From Narcine bancroftii (taxonomy: Eukaryota): a DNA stretch of 64,000 bases. Positions 22,601-33,768 of the stretch are shown here, piece after piece. The notes under the pieces were generated by a model. The model saw nothing but the letters and a program-made list of their open reading frames with translations. It had not been told where the DNA came from and searched no databases. Each line of letters opens with the position of its first letter. The first letter of the stretch is position 1. The translations under genes and the position numbers were made by a program. The DNA is taken from assembly GCF_036971445.1 (NCBI RefSeq), contig NC_091473.1, forward strand, positions 205,220,001 to 205,284,000, written 5' to 3'.

Positions 22601-22996
22601 GATTCTGAAATCGGATGTGGGTGGAATCAAATCCGGAGACAGAGGACGCGAGAACGGGTTAGGAACTCCTTACGGTCGGGCAGCTGAAAATATTAGATAC
22701 AATGAGCTAGAGGAATAGAATGAAAGAAGGGGTGAGAGGGAGCGAAGGAGGATATAAAAAAGAGGTAAGACTTGGGGTGTATACAGGTAGTGAGAGAAAC
22801 CTTGGTGGAAGAAGGGGAATGTGATGCAGAATGTCTTCTCAACGCCATCTGATTGGTTGACGAATGATAACATCAACCAATCCTGTGTGAAGGAAATATT
22901 CATATCTACCCCAGGCGTTAGTCGCTCATAACATCTTCCTAACACTTGTACAGCTGTAGCACAAGGAAATTTTCTTTTGATCTTAATCCACATACC

Positions 22997-23042
22997 ATGA
23001 TCTTCTTGAATGGTTTGGTGATTCTTTGGGCCGTTCTTACTG
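22997..23042 (+). other. Orphan V leader exon (MIFLNGLVILWAVLT-G) with promoter and intact donor
   Basis: 46-nt ATG exon followed by gtgagt; no intact V exon follows. Confidence 0.8.
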
Positions 23043-23094
23043 GTGAGTCTGTCTGACTGGTCAGCGACCTCAGCCCATTGCCCTTTCTCAACGA

Positions 23095-23107
23095 ATCTCT
23101 CTCACTC

Positions 23108-23175
<68 letters not shown>
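23095..23175. repeat. (CT)n microsatellite
   Basis: Seen directly in the sequence. Confidence 0.95.
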
Positions 23176-23179
<4 letters not shown>

Positions 23180-23576
23180 CCTCTTCCTCCCTCTCCCTCC
23201 CTCCTTGGTCAAGCGCTGTAAAACTGCATGAAGCTAATTTTCTTGAATTTTAAATATGGTCGGAAAACAGGAAGAACAATGAACCGTAAATCTGTTTGAG
23301 AAATAGGTAACGCAAGAAATGGTTCGGATGTGTCTGCTTTTGGCGAGTGGGGGTGTGGGAGCGGTGGAGAGGGTGGGGGGTGGGGGGGGGGGAAGGTGAG
23401 CGACCATGAAACTGCAAGAAAGTTCAGTAAACACAATGAGTGTGTAAATGAGTAAGCAGAAGGAGAACGTGCAAGGAAGAGCACAAATTTTGGGGAAATC
23501 GTCTGTCTTTAATTAGGTTAAAGCTAGAGATTAATAGAGAAAGGGCTGAGGTCGCTGACCAGTCAGACAGACTCAC

Positions 23577-23622
23577 CAGTAAGAACGGGCCAAAGAATCA
23601 CCAAACCACTCAAGAAGATCAT
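23577..23622 (-). other. Inverted copy of the V leader exon (MIFLSGLVILWPVLT-G)
   Basis: Reverse complement of 22997-23042 with 2 substitutions. Donor GTGAGT is intact on the minus strand, and intron-homologous sequence extends to ~23400. Confidence 0.85.
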
Positions 23623-25026
23623 GGTATGTGGATTAAGATCAAAAGAAAATTTCCTTGTGCTACCGCTGTACAAGTGGTGGGACGAGAGAGGGAGGGAGAG
23701 GGAGAGAGAGAGATGGAAGTCCAGAATGTCAGTCTCTCGGATGTCTGATCATCCGCTATTGCTCTAGAAATTTGTTTGTTCCAGGTCATGTGGCTAAAAT
23801 AGTATTTTCAATCCCGTCTTGCTGAAATTCGCGATCAACAACAACCGTGACACATCTTAATGTTGACTTTGCGGTCGATCTCATCACTGATCCTGTTATG
23901 TTCCTACACTTCAAATGAGAATGCTATCAGATGTTTGCGGATATATACGATCGTTGTCAGTTGTTGGCACAGCAGAGTAGTGGGTTCATTGTTTGGCATT
24001 TGTATCATTGCCTCGAGTTTGGCGGACCTTAATTATATTCACACACGAAGCATTATATAGTGCCAGTTTTTAGAATACTCAAGCTCCTCAGATAACTTTC
24101 CATTTTAATATTGGCACCTGTAAGCAGGCATTGAAAAATGGAAGTTATTACAAATATTAATGAAGAAGATGAAAATTTCTGCAATATTGCTTTTGTGAAA
24201 AGGGGCCGCCAGGACATGACCGGAGTATAGTCTGAAACAGCATTGGCAGTCGGGCTTCTGAGTGTGCACACCTTCAGTTACATGTATTCGGGTTAAAGAT
24301 ACGAGATAAGAAGGTACCGATGTACGATATTATGGTCATGTACTGAGTTACAGGCCTTGCTTAGGCTGAACATCATAAATCTGCTGGCAATGTTCTTTAC
24401 ATTGGAGGTCCTGCGAAGGGAGTGTAATGAATGCCAAGGAGGTGGGCAGTTAAACGCACAATTATAGTAATCAGCATTGATGCATATTCTAACATTGAGT
24501 TTAAATTAGATGTTGTATTGTTCGTTGGCGAATAGTTCCTTGCAATATGCTTTTTAGAAGATAGCTGAAGAAGTCAAAGTCTAATAAAATGAACTTGCTG
24601 CATAAATGATTTCAATACATGAAATAAAAACGTGTTTCATCACATCGTCTGTTTACTCTGCATTCTTTTTTAAATTTTTTTATTTTTCACAGTATAAACC
24701 ATATTGATCAAGATACATATATTTTCCTTTTCAAATATATACTGTCGTTTTCTCCCCCCCTTCCCTCCTCCCCTCCCTCCCGCCCTCACCTCCCCTCCCA
24801 CTTATTTAAAGTTCAGAATATAAGATACATTAAACCCGTTAAACAATGTTGTCACTCAATAAAAATAAACAAGAAATTCCACTGAGTCAGTTCTTTTCAT
24901 TCTCTTCTCCTTCTGTCATTTTAGGTGGCAGATGTCCACGGTAGGTTTTCTCTATTGTGTTTCATGTATGGCTCCCATATTTGTTCAAATATTGTAATGT
25001 TATTTCTTAAATTGAACATTTCATAG

Positions 25027-25625
25027 CGGCGGCCCCGATACGGGCAGGAGCAAGGGGGAGACGGCGGCCCCAGTCCGGGCACAGGGAGAGCAGCAGCGGA
25101 CCCGGCCCCGGTCCGGGCGAAGGGTAGACGGCGGCGGCCCCGATCCGGGCAGGAGCAAAGAGGAGACGGCGGCCCCGGCCTCGGTCGAGTGAGGCAGGCG
25201 GAGGCCCCGGTCCGGGCAGGGAGTGGGAGGCGGCGGCCCCAGTCCAGGCACAGGGAGAGCAGCAGCGGCCCCGGCCCCGGTCCGGGCGAAGGGTAGACGG
25301 CGGCGGCCCCGATACGGGCAGGAGCAAGGGGGAGACGGCGGCCCCGGCCTCGGTCGAGTGAGGCAGGCGGAGGCCCCGGTCCGGACAGGGAGTGGGAGGC
25401 GGCGGCCCCAGTCCGGGCACAGGGAGAGCAGCAGCGGCCCCGGCCCCGGTCCGGGCGAAGGGTAGACGGCGGCGGCCCCGATACGGGCAGGAGCAAGGGG
25501 TAGACGGCGGCCCCGGCCTCGGTCGAGTGAGGCAGGCAGAGGCCCCTGTCCGGGCAGGGAGTGGGAGGCGGTGGCCCCAGTCCAGGCACAGGGTGAACTG
25601 CGGCGGCCTCGGCCCCGGTCCGGGC
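25027..25625 (+). repeat. GC-rich tandem array (~169-bp period, ~3.5 units) at the RTE 5' end
   Basis: agggagagcagcagcgg recurs at 25083, 25252 and 25421, with a variant at 25590. Confidence 0.9.
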
Positions 25626-25863
25626 AGTATGGACCGACCTAGGAGGGGAGGCAGGCCCCTCCAGCCCGGGTAAGAAACCTGCATAGGAGAAGGCCACTCC
25701 GATATAAAACCTACGACCCAAGGACCTCGCTGCCACGTCCCAGCTTGCTTGGCCACGGCACACGAACCATGGGTGTAAAGGGTGGGGCCAGTACTGCGGC
25801 ACTGCACTCCACCTAAAAGCTCCTTTGCGCAGGCCCGAGGTCAGGTCCACGTCCTCCCCCTCA

Positions 25864-28800
25864 ATGTCCTCCCCCTCCACGTCCTCCCCCTCAAAAGATG
25901 CTCACAAACTCAAGCTAGCATGCTGGAACATCAGAACCATGCTAGACAAGACTGACAGCCACCGACCTGAACGTCGGTCTGCCCTCATTGCACATGAACT
26001 CCTCAGACTTGACATCGACATAGCCGCTCTCAGTGAAGTCCGCCTGGCAGATGTAGGCAGCCTCCAAGAATGCGGCGCGGGCTACACACTCTACTGGTCT
26101 GGCAAGCCTTCGGATGAACGACGCCTATCTGGTGTAGGCTTCATGGTCAAGAGCTTCATTGCCTCCAAACTCGAAAAACTTCCGACAGGCCTCTCGGACC
26201 GAATCATGTCCATGCGACTCCCACTTCAAAACAAGCGTCACATCACCCTCATCAGTGTCTATGCTCCAACCCTCCAGGCGGAACCAGCAGAAAAGAACAA
26301 GTTCTACACCGACCTGCGCAACCTCATCCAACGTACCCCTACAGCCGACAAGGTTGTCATCCTGGGCGACTTCAACGCTCGTGTCGGCAAAGACTCAGAA
26401 ACCTGGCCAGGAATCCTGGGCAAGCATGGCGTCGGCAAGTGCAACGACAATGGGCGCCTCCTGTTGGAGCTCTGCGCAGAACAGCGGCTTGTCATTACAA
26501 ACACCCTTTTTCAGCAGAGGGACAGCCTTAAGACCACCTGGATGCATCCCCGATCCAAACACTGGCACCTCCTGGACTACATCCTGGTGCGAGAAAGTGA
26601 CAAACAAGATGTGCTCCACACCAGGGTCATGCCTAGCGCGGAATGCCACACTGACCACCGGCTGGTTCGCTGCAAGCTCAACCTTCACTTCAAGCCAAAG
26701 CCCAGGAACAATAAAGCCCCCAGAAAGAGGTTCAATGTTGGAAAACTGCAGTCAGACGAAGCGAGAGGAAACTTCCAGGCAAACCTCAAAGCAAAGCTCG
26801 ACGTTGCAACCCGCCTCCCGGACCCGTCCCCTGAAACCCTCTGGGATCAGTTGAAGACTACCATACTGCAATCCACTGAAGAGGTACTGGGCTTCTCCTC
26901 CAGGAAAAACAAGGACTGGTTTGACGAAAACAGCCAGGAAATCCAGGAGCTGCTGGCAAAGAAGCGAGCTGCCCACCAGGCTCACCTTACAAAGCCGTCC
27001 TGTCCAGAGAAAAAACAAGCCTTCCGTCGTGCATGCAGCCATCTTCAGCGCAAACTCCGGGAGATCCAAAATGAGTGGTGGACTAGCCTCGCCAAACGAA
27101 CACAGCTCAGCGCGGACATTGGCGACTTCTGGGGTTTCTACGAGGCTCTAAAGGCTTTGTACGGCCCCTCACCCCAAGTCCAAAGCCCGCTGCGCAGCTC
27201 AGACGGCAAAGTCCTCCTCAGCGACAAGATCTCCATCCTCAACCGATGGTCAGAACACTTCCAATCTCTTTTCAGTACCAACCGCTCAGTCCAAGATTCC
27301 GCCCTGCTCCAGCTCCCTCAACAGCCCCTAAGGCTAGAGCTGGATGAGGTTCCCACCCTGGATGAGACATATAAGGCAATCGAACAACTGAAAAGTGGCA
27401 AAGCAGCAGGTATGGATGGAATCCCCCCAGAAGTCTGGAAGGCTGGCGGCAAAACTCTGCATGCCAAACTGCATGAGTTTTTCAAGCTTTGTTGGGACCA
27501 AGGTAAACTGCCTCAGGATCTTCGTGATGCCACCATCATCACCCTGTACAAAAACAAAGGCGAGAAATCAGACTGCTCAAACTACAGGGGAATCACGTTG
27601 CTCTCCATTGCAGGCAAAATCTTCGCTAGGATTCTACTAAATAGAATAATACCTAGTGTCGCCGAGAATATTCTCCCAGAATCACAGTGCGGCTTTCGCG
27701 CAAACAGAGGAACCACTGACATGGTCTTTGCCCTCAGACAGCTCCAAGAAAAGTGCAGAGAACAAAACAAAGGACTCTACATCACCTTTGTTGACCTCAC
27801 CAAAGCCTTCGACACCGTGAGCAGGAAAGGGCTTTGGCAAATACTAGAGCGCATCGGATGTCCCCCAAAGTTCCTCAACATGATTATCCAACTGCACGAA
27901 AACCAACAAGGTCGGGTCAGATACAGCAATGAGCTCTCTGAACCCTTCTCCATTAACAATGGCGTGAAGCAAGGCTGTGTTCTCGCACCAACCCTCTTTT
28001 CAATCTTCTTCAGCATGATGCTGAACCAAGCCATGAAAGACCCCAACAATGAAGACGCTGTTTACATCCGGTACCGCACGGATGGCAGTCTCTTCAATCT
28101 GAGGCGCCTGCAAGCTCACACCAAGACACAAGAGAAACTTGTCCGTGAACTACTCTTTGCAGACGATGCCGCTTTAGTTGCCCATTCAGAGCCAGCTCTT
28201 CAGCGCTTGACGTCCTGCTTTGCGGAAACTGCCAAAATGTTTGGCCTGGAAGTCAGCCTGAAGAAAACTGAGGTCCTCCATCAGCCAGCTCCCCACCATG
28301 ACTACCAGCCCCCCCACATCTCCATCGGGCACACAAAACTCAAAACAGTCAACCAGTTTACCTATCTCGGCTGCACCATTTCATCAGATGCAAGGATCGA
28401 CAATGAGATAGACAACAGACTCGCCAAGGCAAATAGCGCCTTTGGAAGACTACACAAAAGAGTCTGGAAAAACAACCAACTGAAAAACCTCACAAAGATA
28501 AGCGTATACAGAGCCGTTGTCATACCCACACTCCTGTTCGGCTCCGAATCATGGGTCCTCTACCGGCACCACCTACGGCTCCTAGAACGCTTCCACCAGC
28601 GTTGTCTCCGCTCCATCCTCAACATCCATTGGAGCGCTCACACCCCTAACGTCGAGGTACTCGAGATGGCAGAGGTCGACAGCATCGAGTCCACACTGCT
28701 GAAGATCCAGCTGCGCTGGATGGGTCACGTCTCCAGAATGGAGGACCATCGCCTTCCCAAGATCGTATTATATGGCGAGCTCTCCACTGGCCACCGTGAC

Positions 28801-29094
28801 AGAGGTGCACCAAAGAAAAGGTACAAGGACTGCCTAAAGAAATCTCTTGGTGTCTGCCACATTGACCACCGCCAGTGGGCTGATAACGCCTCAAACCGTG
28901 CATCTTGGCGCCTCACAGTTTGGTGGGCAGCAGCCTCCTTTGAAGAAGACTGCAGAGCCCACCTCACTGACAAAAGGCAAAGGAGGAAAAACCCAACACC
29001 CAACCCCAACCAACCAATTTTCCCTTGCAACCGCTGCAATTGTGTCTGCCTGTCCCGCATCGGACTGGTCAGCCACAAACGAGCCTGCAGCTGA
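25864..29094 (+). CDS. RTE retrotransposon polyprotein: APE endonuclease, reverse transcriptase and C-terminal zinc-finger-like motif
   Basis: Uninterrupted ORF with WNIRTM..AALSEVR..GDFNARVG..LDYI..TDH (APE), NYRGITLL..FVDLTKAFD..GVKQGC..LLFADD (RT) and CNRC..HKRAC. The first in-frame ATG is at 25864. Confidence 0.92.
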   Translation: MSSPSTSSPSKDAHKLKLACWNIRTMLDKTDSHRPERRSALIAHELLRLDIDIAALSEVRLADVGSLQECGAGYTLYWSGKPSDERRLSGVGFMVKSFIASKLEKLPTGLSDRIMSMRLPLQNKRHITLISVYAPTLQAEPAEKNKFYTDLRNLIQRTPTADKVVILGDFNARVGKDSETWPGILGKHGVGKCNDNGRLLLELCAEQRLVITNTLFQQRDSLKTTWMHPRSKHWHLLDYILVRESDKQDVLHTRVMPSAECHTDHRLVRCKLNLHFKPKPRNNKAPRKRFNVGKLQSDEARGNFQANLKAKLDVATRLPDPSPETLWDQLKTTILQSTEEVLGFSSRKNKDWFDENSQEIQELLAKKRAAHQAHLTKPSCPEKKQAFRRACSHLQRKLREIQNEWWTSLAKRTQLSADIGDFWGFYEALKALYGPSPQVQSPLRSSDGKVLLSDKISILNRWSEHFQSLFSTNRSVQDSALLQLPQQPLRLELDEVPTLDETYKAIEQLKSGKAAGMDGIPPEVWKAGGKTLHAKLHEFFKLCWDQGKLPQDLRDATIITLYKNKGEKSDCSNYRGITLLSIAGKIFARILLNRIIPSVAENILPESQCGFRANRGTTDMVFALRQLQEKCREQNKGLYITFVDLTKAFDTVSRKGLWQILERIGCPPKFLNMIIQLHENQQGRVRYSNELSEPFSINNGVKQGCVLAPTLFSIFFSMMLNQAMKDPNNEDAVYIRYRTDGSLFNLRRLQAHTKTQEKLVRELLFADDAALVAHSEPALQRLTSCFAETAKMFGLEVSLKKTEVLHQPAPHHDYQPPHISIGHTKLKTVNQFTYLGCTISSDARIDNEIDNRLAKANSAFGRLHKRVWKNNQLKNLTKISVYRAVVIPTLLFGSESWVLYRHHLRLLERFHQRCLRSILNIHWSAHTPNVEVLEMAEVDSIESTLLKIQLRWMGHVSRMEDHRLPKIVLYGELSTGHRDRGAPKKRYKDCLKKSLGVCHIDHRQWADNASNRASWRLTVWWAAASFEEDCRAHLTDKRQRRKNPTPNPNQPIFPCNRCNCVCLSRIGLVSHKRACS

Positions 29095-32000
29095 CGTGGA
29101 CTTTTTACCCCCTCCATAAATCTTCGTCCGCGAAGCCAAGCCAAAGATTTCTTAAATTGTATGTAATTTTTTCTAATGGAATATATTTATTCATTTCTAT
29201 ATTCTATTGTTGTATTCTCAAATTATCTTCTAATTTCCAGGTTGACATAATACATTTTTTTGCTACAGCTAGGGCTATCATAACAAATCTTTTTTGTGCT
29301 CCATCCAAATCAAGTCCAATTTCTTAGTTTTTTATATTACTTAGGAGGAAGATCTCTGGGTTTTTTGGTATATTGCTTTTTGTGATTTTATTTAGTATCT
29401 GGTTTAGATCTTCCCAAAATTTTTTCACTTTCTCACATGTCCAGATTGCATGAACTGTTGTTCCCGTTTCCTTTTTTACAGAGAAAACATCTGTCTGATA
29501 CTGTTGGATCCCATTTATTTAACTTTTGAGGTGTAATGTTTAACCTGTGTATCCAGTTATATTGTATCATGCGTAACCTTGTGTTTATTGTATTTCTCAT
29601 GGTTCCAGAGCATAGTTTCACCCATGTTTCATTCTTTATCTTTATGCTTAGATCTTGTTCCCATTTTTGTTTGGTTTTACCATTTGTTTCCCCATTCTCC
29701 TTTTCTTGTAGTTTAATATACATGTTTGTTATAAATTTTTTGATTATCATTGTATCTGTAATCACATATTCAAAATTACTTCCTTCTGGTAACCTGAGAC
29801 TGTTTCCCAATTTGTCCTTCAAGTAGGATTTCAGTTGGTAGTATGCCACCCATGTATCGTCAGTTATATTATATTTATCCTTCAATTGTTCGAAGAACAA
29901 TAGTTTATTTCCCGAAAAACAATTCTCTAATCTTTTGATCCATTTTTTCTCCCATTCTCTAAAGGAAAGGTTATCTATTGTAAAAGGGATTAGCTGATTT
30001 TGCATCAGTATTAGTTTTGGTAGTTGGTAATTTGTATTATTCCTTTCTACATGAATCTTCTTCCAAATGTTGAGCACATGATGCAATTCCTACGTAGTAC
30101 CAATTTTTCATCCAATTTATATAATATATGTTCAGGTATCTTCTCCCCTATTTTATCTAGTTCTAATCTAGTCCAATCTGGCTTTTCCCTTGTTTGATAA
30201 AAATCTGATAGGTATCTTAATTTTGCGGCTCTATAATAATTTTTAAAGTTTGGTAGTGGTAAGCCTCCTTGTTTATATCATTCTGTTAATTTATCTAGTG
30301 CTATCCTCGGTTTCCCCCCTTTCCATAAAAATTTCCTTATTATTTTCTTTAAATCTTAAAACATTTCTCTGTTAATCGTATTGGTAATGTCTGAAATAAA
30401 TATTGTATCCTTGCGAAAATGTTCATTTTAAATCAGTTTATCCTTCCTATCAGTGTTAGTGGTAAATCTTTCCAATGCTCTAAGTCGTCTTGTAATTTTT
30501 TTTCATTAGTGGATAATAATTGAGTTTATATCGATGGCTGAGGTTTTTATTTATTTGTATACCTAGATATCGCATTGCTTGCGTTTGCCATCTGAATGGT
30601 GATTCTTTCTCAAATTTTGAGAAATCCGCATTATTCATTGGCATTGCTTTGCTTTTATTTGCGTTAATCTTGTACCCCGACACTTCTCCATATTCCTTCA
30701 ATTTCCTATGTAATTCTTTTATTGATATTTCTGGTTCTACTAAGTATATTATAACGTCATCTGCAAATAGACTGATTTTATATTCCTTGATTTTATTTTT
30801 TATCCCTTTTATTTTATTTTCTGTTCTTATCAGTTCTGCCAGTGGTTCTATGGCTAATGCGAACAATAAAGGAGATAGTGGGCACCCTTGCCTTGTTGAT
30901 CTGCTTAAGTTAAATTATTTTGATATATATCCATTTACTGTCATTTTCGCCAATGGCCCCTTATATAATGATATAATCCAATTAATATATTTCTCTGGTA
31001 AGCTGAATTTTTGTAGTACTTTGAATAAATAATTCCATTGTACTCTGTCAAAGGCCTTCTCTGCGTCTAAAGCAACCGCTACTGTTGGAGTTTTATTTCC
31101 TTCTATTGCATGAATTATGTTAATAAATTTACAGATATTGTCTGTTGTTCGTCTTTTTTTAATAAATCCAGTTTGGTCTAGATTTACTATTTTTGGTACA
31201 TAGTCAGCTAATCTGTTTGCTAATAGTTTAGTAAAGATATTGGTCTATATGACGCTGGTGTAAGTGGATCTTTCCCTGTCTTTGGTATTACTGTAATTAT
31301 TGCTGTTTTACATGACTCTGGTAAGCTTTGTGTTTTATCAATCTTGTTGATTACTTCCAGAAGGGGAGGAATTAATAAATATTTAAATGTTTTATAGAAT
31401 TCTATTGGGAATCCATCTTCTCCTGGTGTTTTATTGTTTGGTAGTTTTTTATTATCTCCTGTATTTCTTCTATTTCAAATGGTTTTGTTAATTTATTTTG
31501 TTCCTCTGTTTGTAATTTCGGTAGTTCAATTTTAGTTAAAAATTCATCTATTTTATCTTCTTTCCCTTCGTTTTCAGTTTGATATAGTTGTTCGTAGAAT
31601 TCTCTAAAGTTTTCATTAATCTCCGTTGGATTATATATGATTTGCTTGTCTTTTTTCCTTAATGCCAATACAATTCTCTTAGTTTGTTCTGTCTTAATCT
31701 GCCACGCTAGAATTTTGTGTGTTTTTTCTCCTAGTTTATAATATTTCTGTTTTGTCTTCATTATGTTCTTTTCCACCTTATATATTTGTAATGTTTCATA
31801 TTTTATTTTTTTATCTGCCAATTCTCTTCTTTTAGTTGTGTCTTCCTTCATTGATAATTCCTTTTCTATATTTGCTATTTCCCTTTCCAACTGTTCTGTT
31901 TCCTGGTTGTAGTCCTTCTTCATCTTGGTTACATAACTTATTTTTTGCCCTCTGATGAACGCTTTCATTGCGTCCCATAGTATAAACTTATCTTTCACTG

Positions 32001-32268
32001 ATTCCGTATTTAATCTCCATCTATACATTCTTGGTGGGATGTCCTCTAACTCTATTGTCAATGACAGGGGTGAGTGGTCTGATAATAGTCTAGCTTTAAA
32101 TTCCGTTTTCCTAACTCTCTCTTGCATGTGAGCTGATAACAGGAATAGGTCTATTCTTGAGTATGTTTTATGTCTGCCCGAATAATATGAATATTCCTTT
32201 TCCCTTGGGTGTTGTTTCCTCCATATATCCAAAAGTTGCATTTCTTGCAATAAGTTGCATTTCTTGCA

Positions 32269-32356
32269 GGGAGGTGGGACTAGAAAGGGGTGTTTGGTTT
32301 GGTGCGGACTAGAAGGGCCTAATGGCCTGTTTCTGTGCTGTAAATTGTTATGTTAT
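32269..32356 (+). mobile_element. Short CR1 3'-tail insertion inside L1 ORF2
   Basis: gtgggactag..ggactagaagggcctaatggcctgtttctgtgctgtaaattgttatgtta is homologous to the CR1 3' ends at ~61072-61157 and ~62560-62616. Confidence 0.7.
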
Positions 32357-33479
32357 TTAATTATAAATTTGGTTACTTTGTTCTTTCCATTAATTTTTTT
32401 CCCAGTTTTATCCATGTTTGAATCCAAATTAAGATTGAAATCCCCTCCTATTAGTATGTTCCCTTGCGTATCTGCTATCTTCAAAAAGATATCTTGCATA
32501 AATTTTTGATCTCCTTCATTAGGTGAATATACATTGAGTAAATTCGAAAACTCTGAATATATCTGACATTTTATCATTACATATCTCCCTGCTGGATCTA
32601 TTATTTCTTCTTCTATTTTGATTGGTACATTTTTACTGATTAATATAGCTACTCCTCTAGCTTTTGAATTATACGATGCTGCTGTTACATGTCCTATCCA
32701 ATCTGTCTTTAATTTCTTGTGTTCCACTTCGGTTAAGTGTGTCTCTTGTATGAATGCTATATCAATATTTTCTTTTTTCAATAAATTTAACAGTTTCTTC
32801 CTTTTGATTTGGTTATGTATTTCATTAATATTTAAAGTCATATAATTCAACATAGCCATCTTATACTTTGTTTATCTTTCCTTTCCGTTTCCTCATCATC
32901 ACCTTTCCTTCTTATCCCTTCCTGTTTTCTTTTTTTAAGCACATTATAAGACAACATTTCTAAAACATAAAATATTTCGATTACTCTCCTATCTAAAAAT
33001 CCTTTAACCCCATTATCCCCTCCCCTTCCTGAGTTGCCCTTTGTCCCTTGTCGGGAAACCACATGTCCCCTCTTTATTTGGATTTGCGAATTCACTCGCA
33101 AACGTCAACTGATTTTGCAGTGACTGTAGTTCTTTCCCACCCAGCCCCCCAGAAAAGATTTAAATCTTCATATATAACAAAAGTCACTCTCTTAATTCCC
33201 TCCTTACTTCCTCTCTTCCTTTACTTTCCCTTNNNNNNNNNNNNNNNNNNNNNNNNNNNNNNNNNNNNNNNNNNNNNNNNNNNNNNNNNNNNNNNNNNNN
33301 NNNNNNNNNNNNNNNNNNNNNNNNNNNNNNNNNNNNNNNNNNNNNNNNNNNNNNNNNNNNNNNNNNNNNNNNNNNNNNNNNNNNNNNNNNNNNNNNNNNN
33401 NNNNNNNNNNNNNNNNNNNNNNNNNNNNNNNNNNNNTATAGTTTGTGGTAATTTTTGCTCTCGTTACCTGTCTTCATCT

Positions 33480-33768
33480 ATAACCATATAACCATATAAC
33501 CATATAACCACTTACAGCACAGAACAGGCCAGTTCGGCCCTACTAGTCCATGCCATAGCAAATCCCCACCCTCCTAGTCCCACTGACCAGCACCCGGTCC
33601 ATACCCCTCTAGTCCCCTCCTATCCATGTAACGATCCAGTCTTTCCTTAAATGTAACCAATGATCCAGCCTCGACCACGTCTGCCGGAAGCTCATTCCAC
33701 ATCCCCACCACCCTCTGCATAAAGAAATTTCTCCTCATGTTCCCCTTATAATTTTCCCCCTTCAATCT
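33480..33768 (-). mobile_element. 5'-truncated CR1 insertion with an (ATATGGTT)n tail near the end of L1 ORF1
   Basis: RLKGENYKGNMRRNFFMQRVVGMWNELP..FKERLDRYMD is the same family as ORF 60854-61081; the 8-mer tail repeat is taaccata. Confidence 0.85.

Larger units (their letters stand above)
20261..23090 (+). repeat. Partial, more diverged third copy of the V-array unit, with internal deletions
   Basis: Homologous to ~1482-4035 (promoter, two leaders, V exon, Rex-like fragment, pseudo-V), followed by another promoter-leader module. Confidence 0.85.
25015..29146 (+). mobile_element. RTE-clade LINE, near-intact, nested antisense within the L1; 13-bp TSD
   Basis: TSD atttcttaaattg at 25002-25014 and 29147-29159; single long APE-RT ORF; short 3' tail gaagccaagccaaag. 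Confidence 0.92.

Noticed and set aside
25700-25800. Possible HDV-like ribozyme in the RTE 5' UTR (known in some RTEs)
   Set aside because: I could not build the P1/P2/P3/P1.1 pairings by eye; it would need an Infernal or RNAmotif search.
24921-25880. Long Pro/Gly/Arg-rich ORFs on both strands
   Set aside because: Artefacts of the GC-rich 169-bp tandem repeat, which lacks stop codons.
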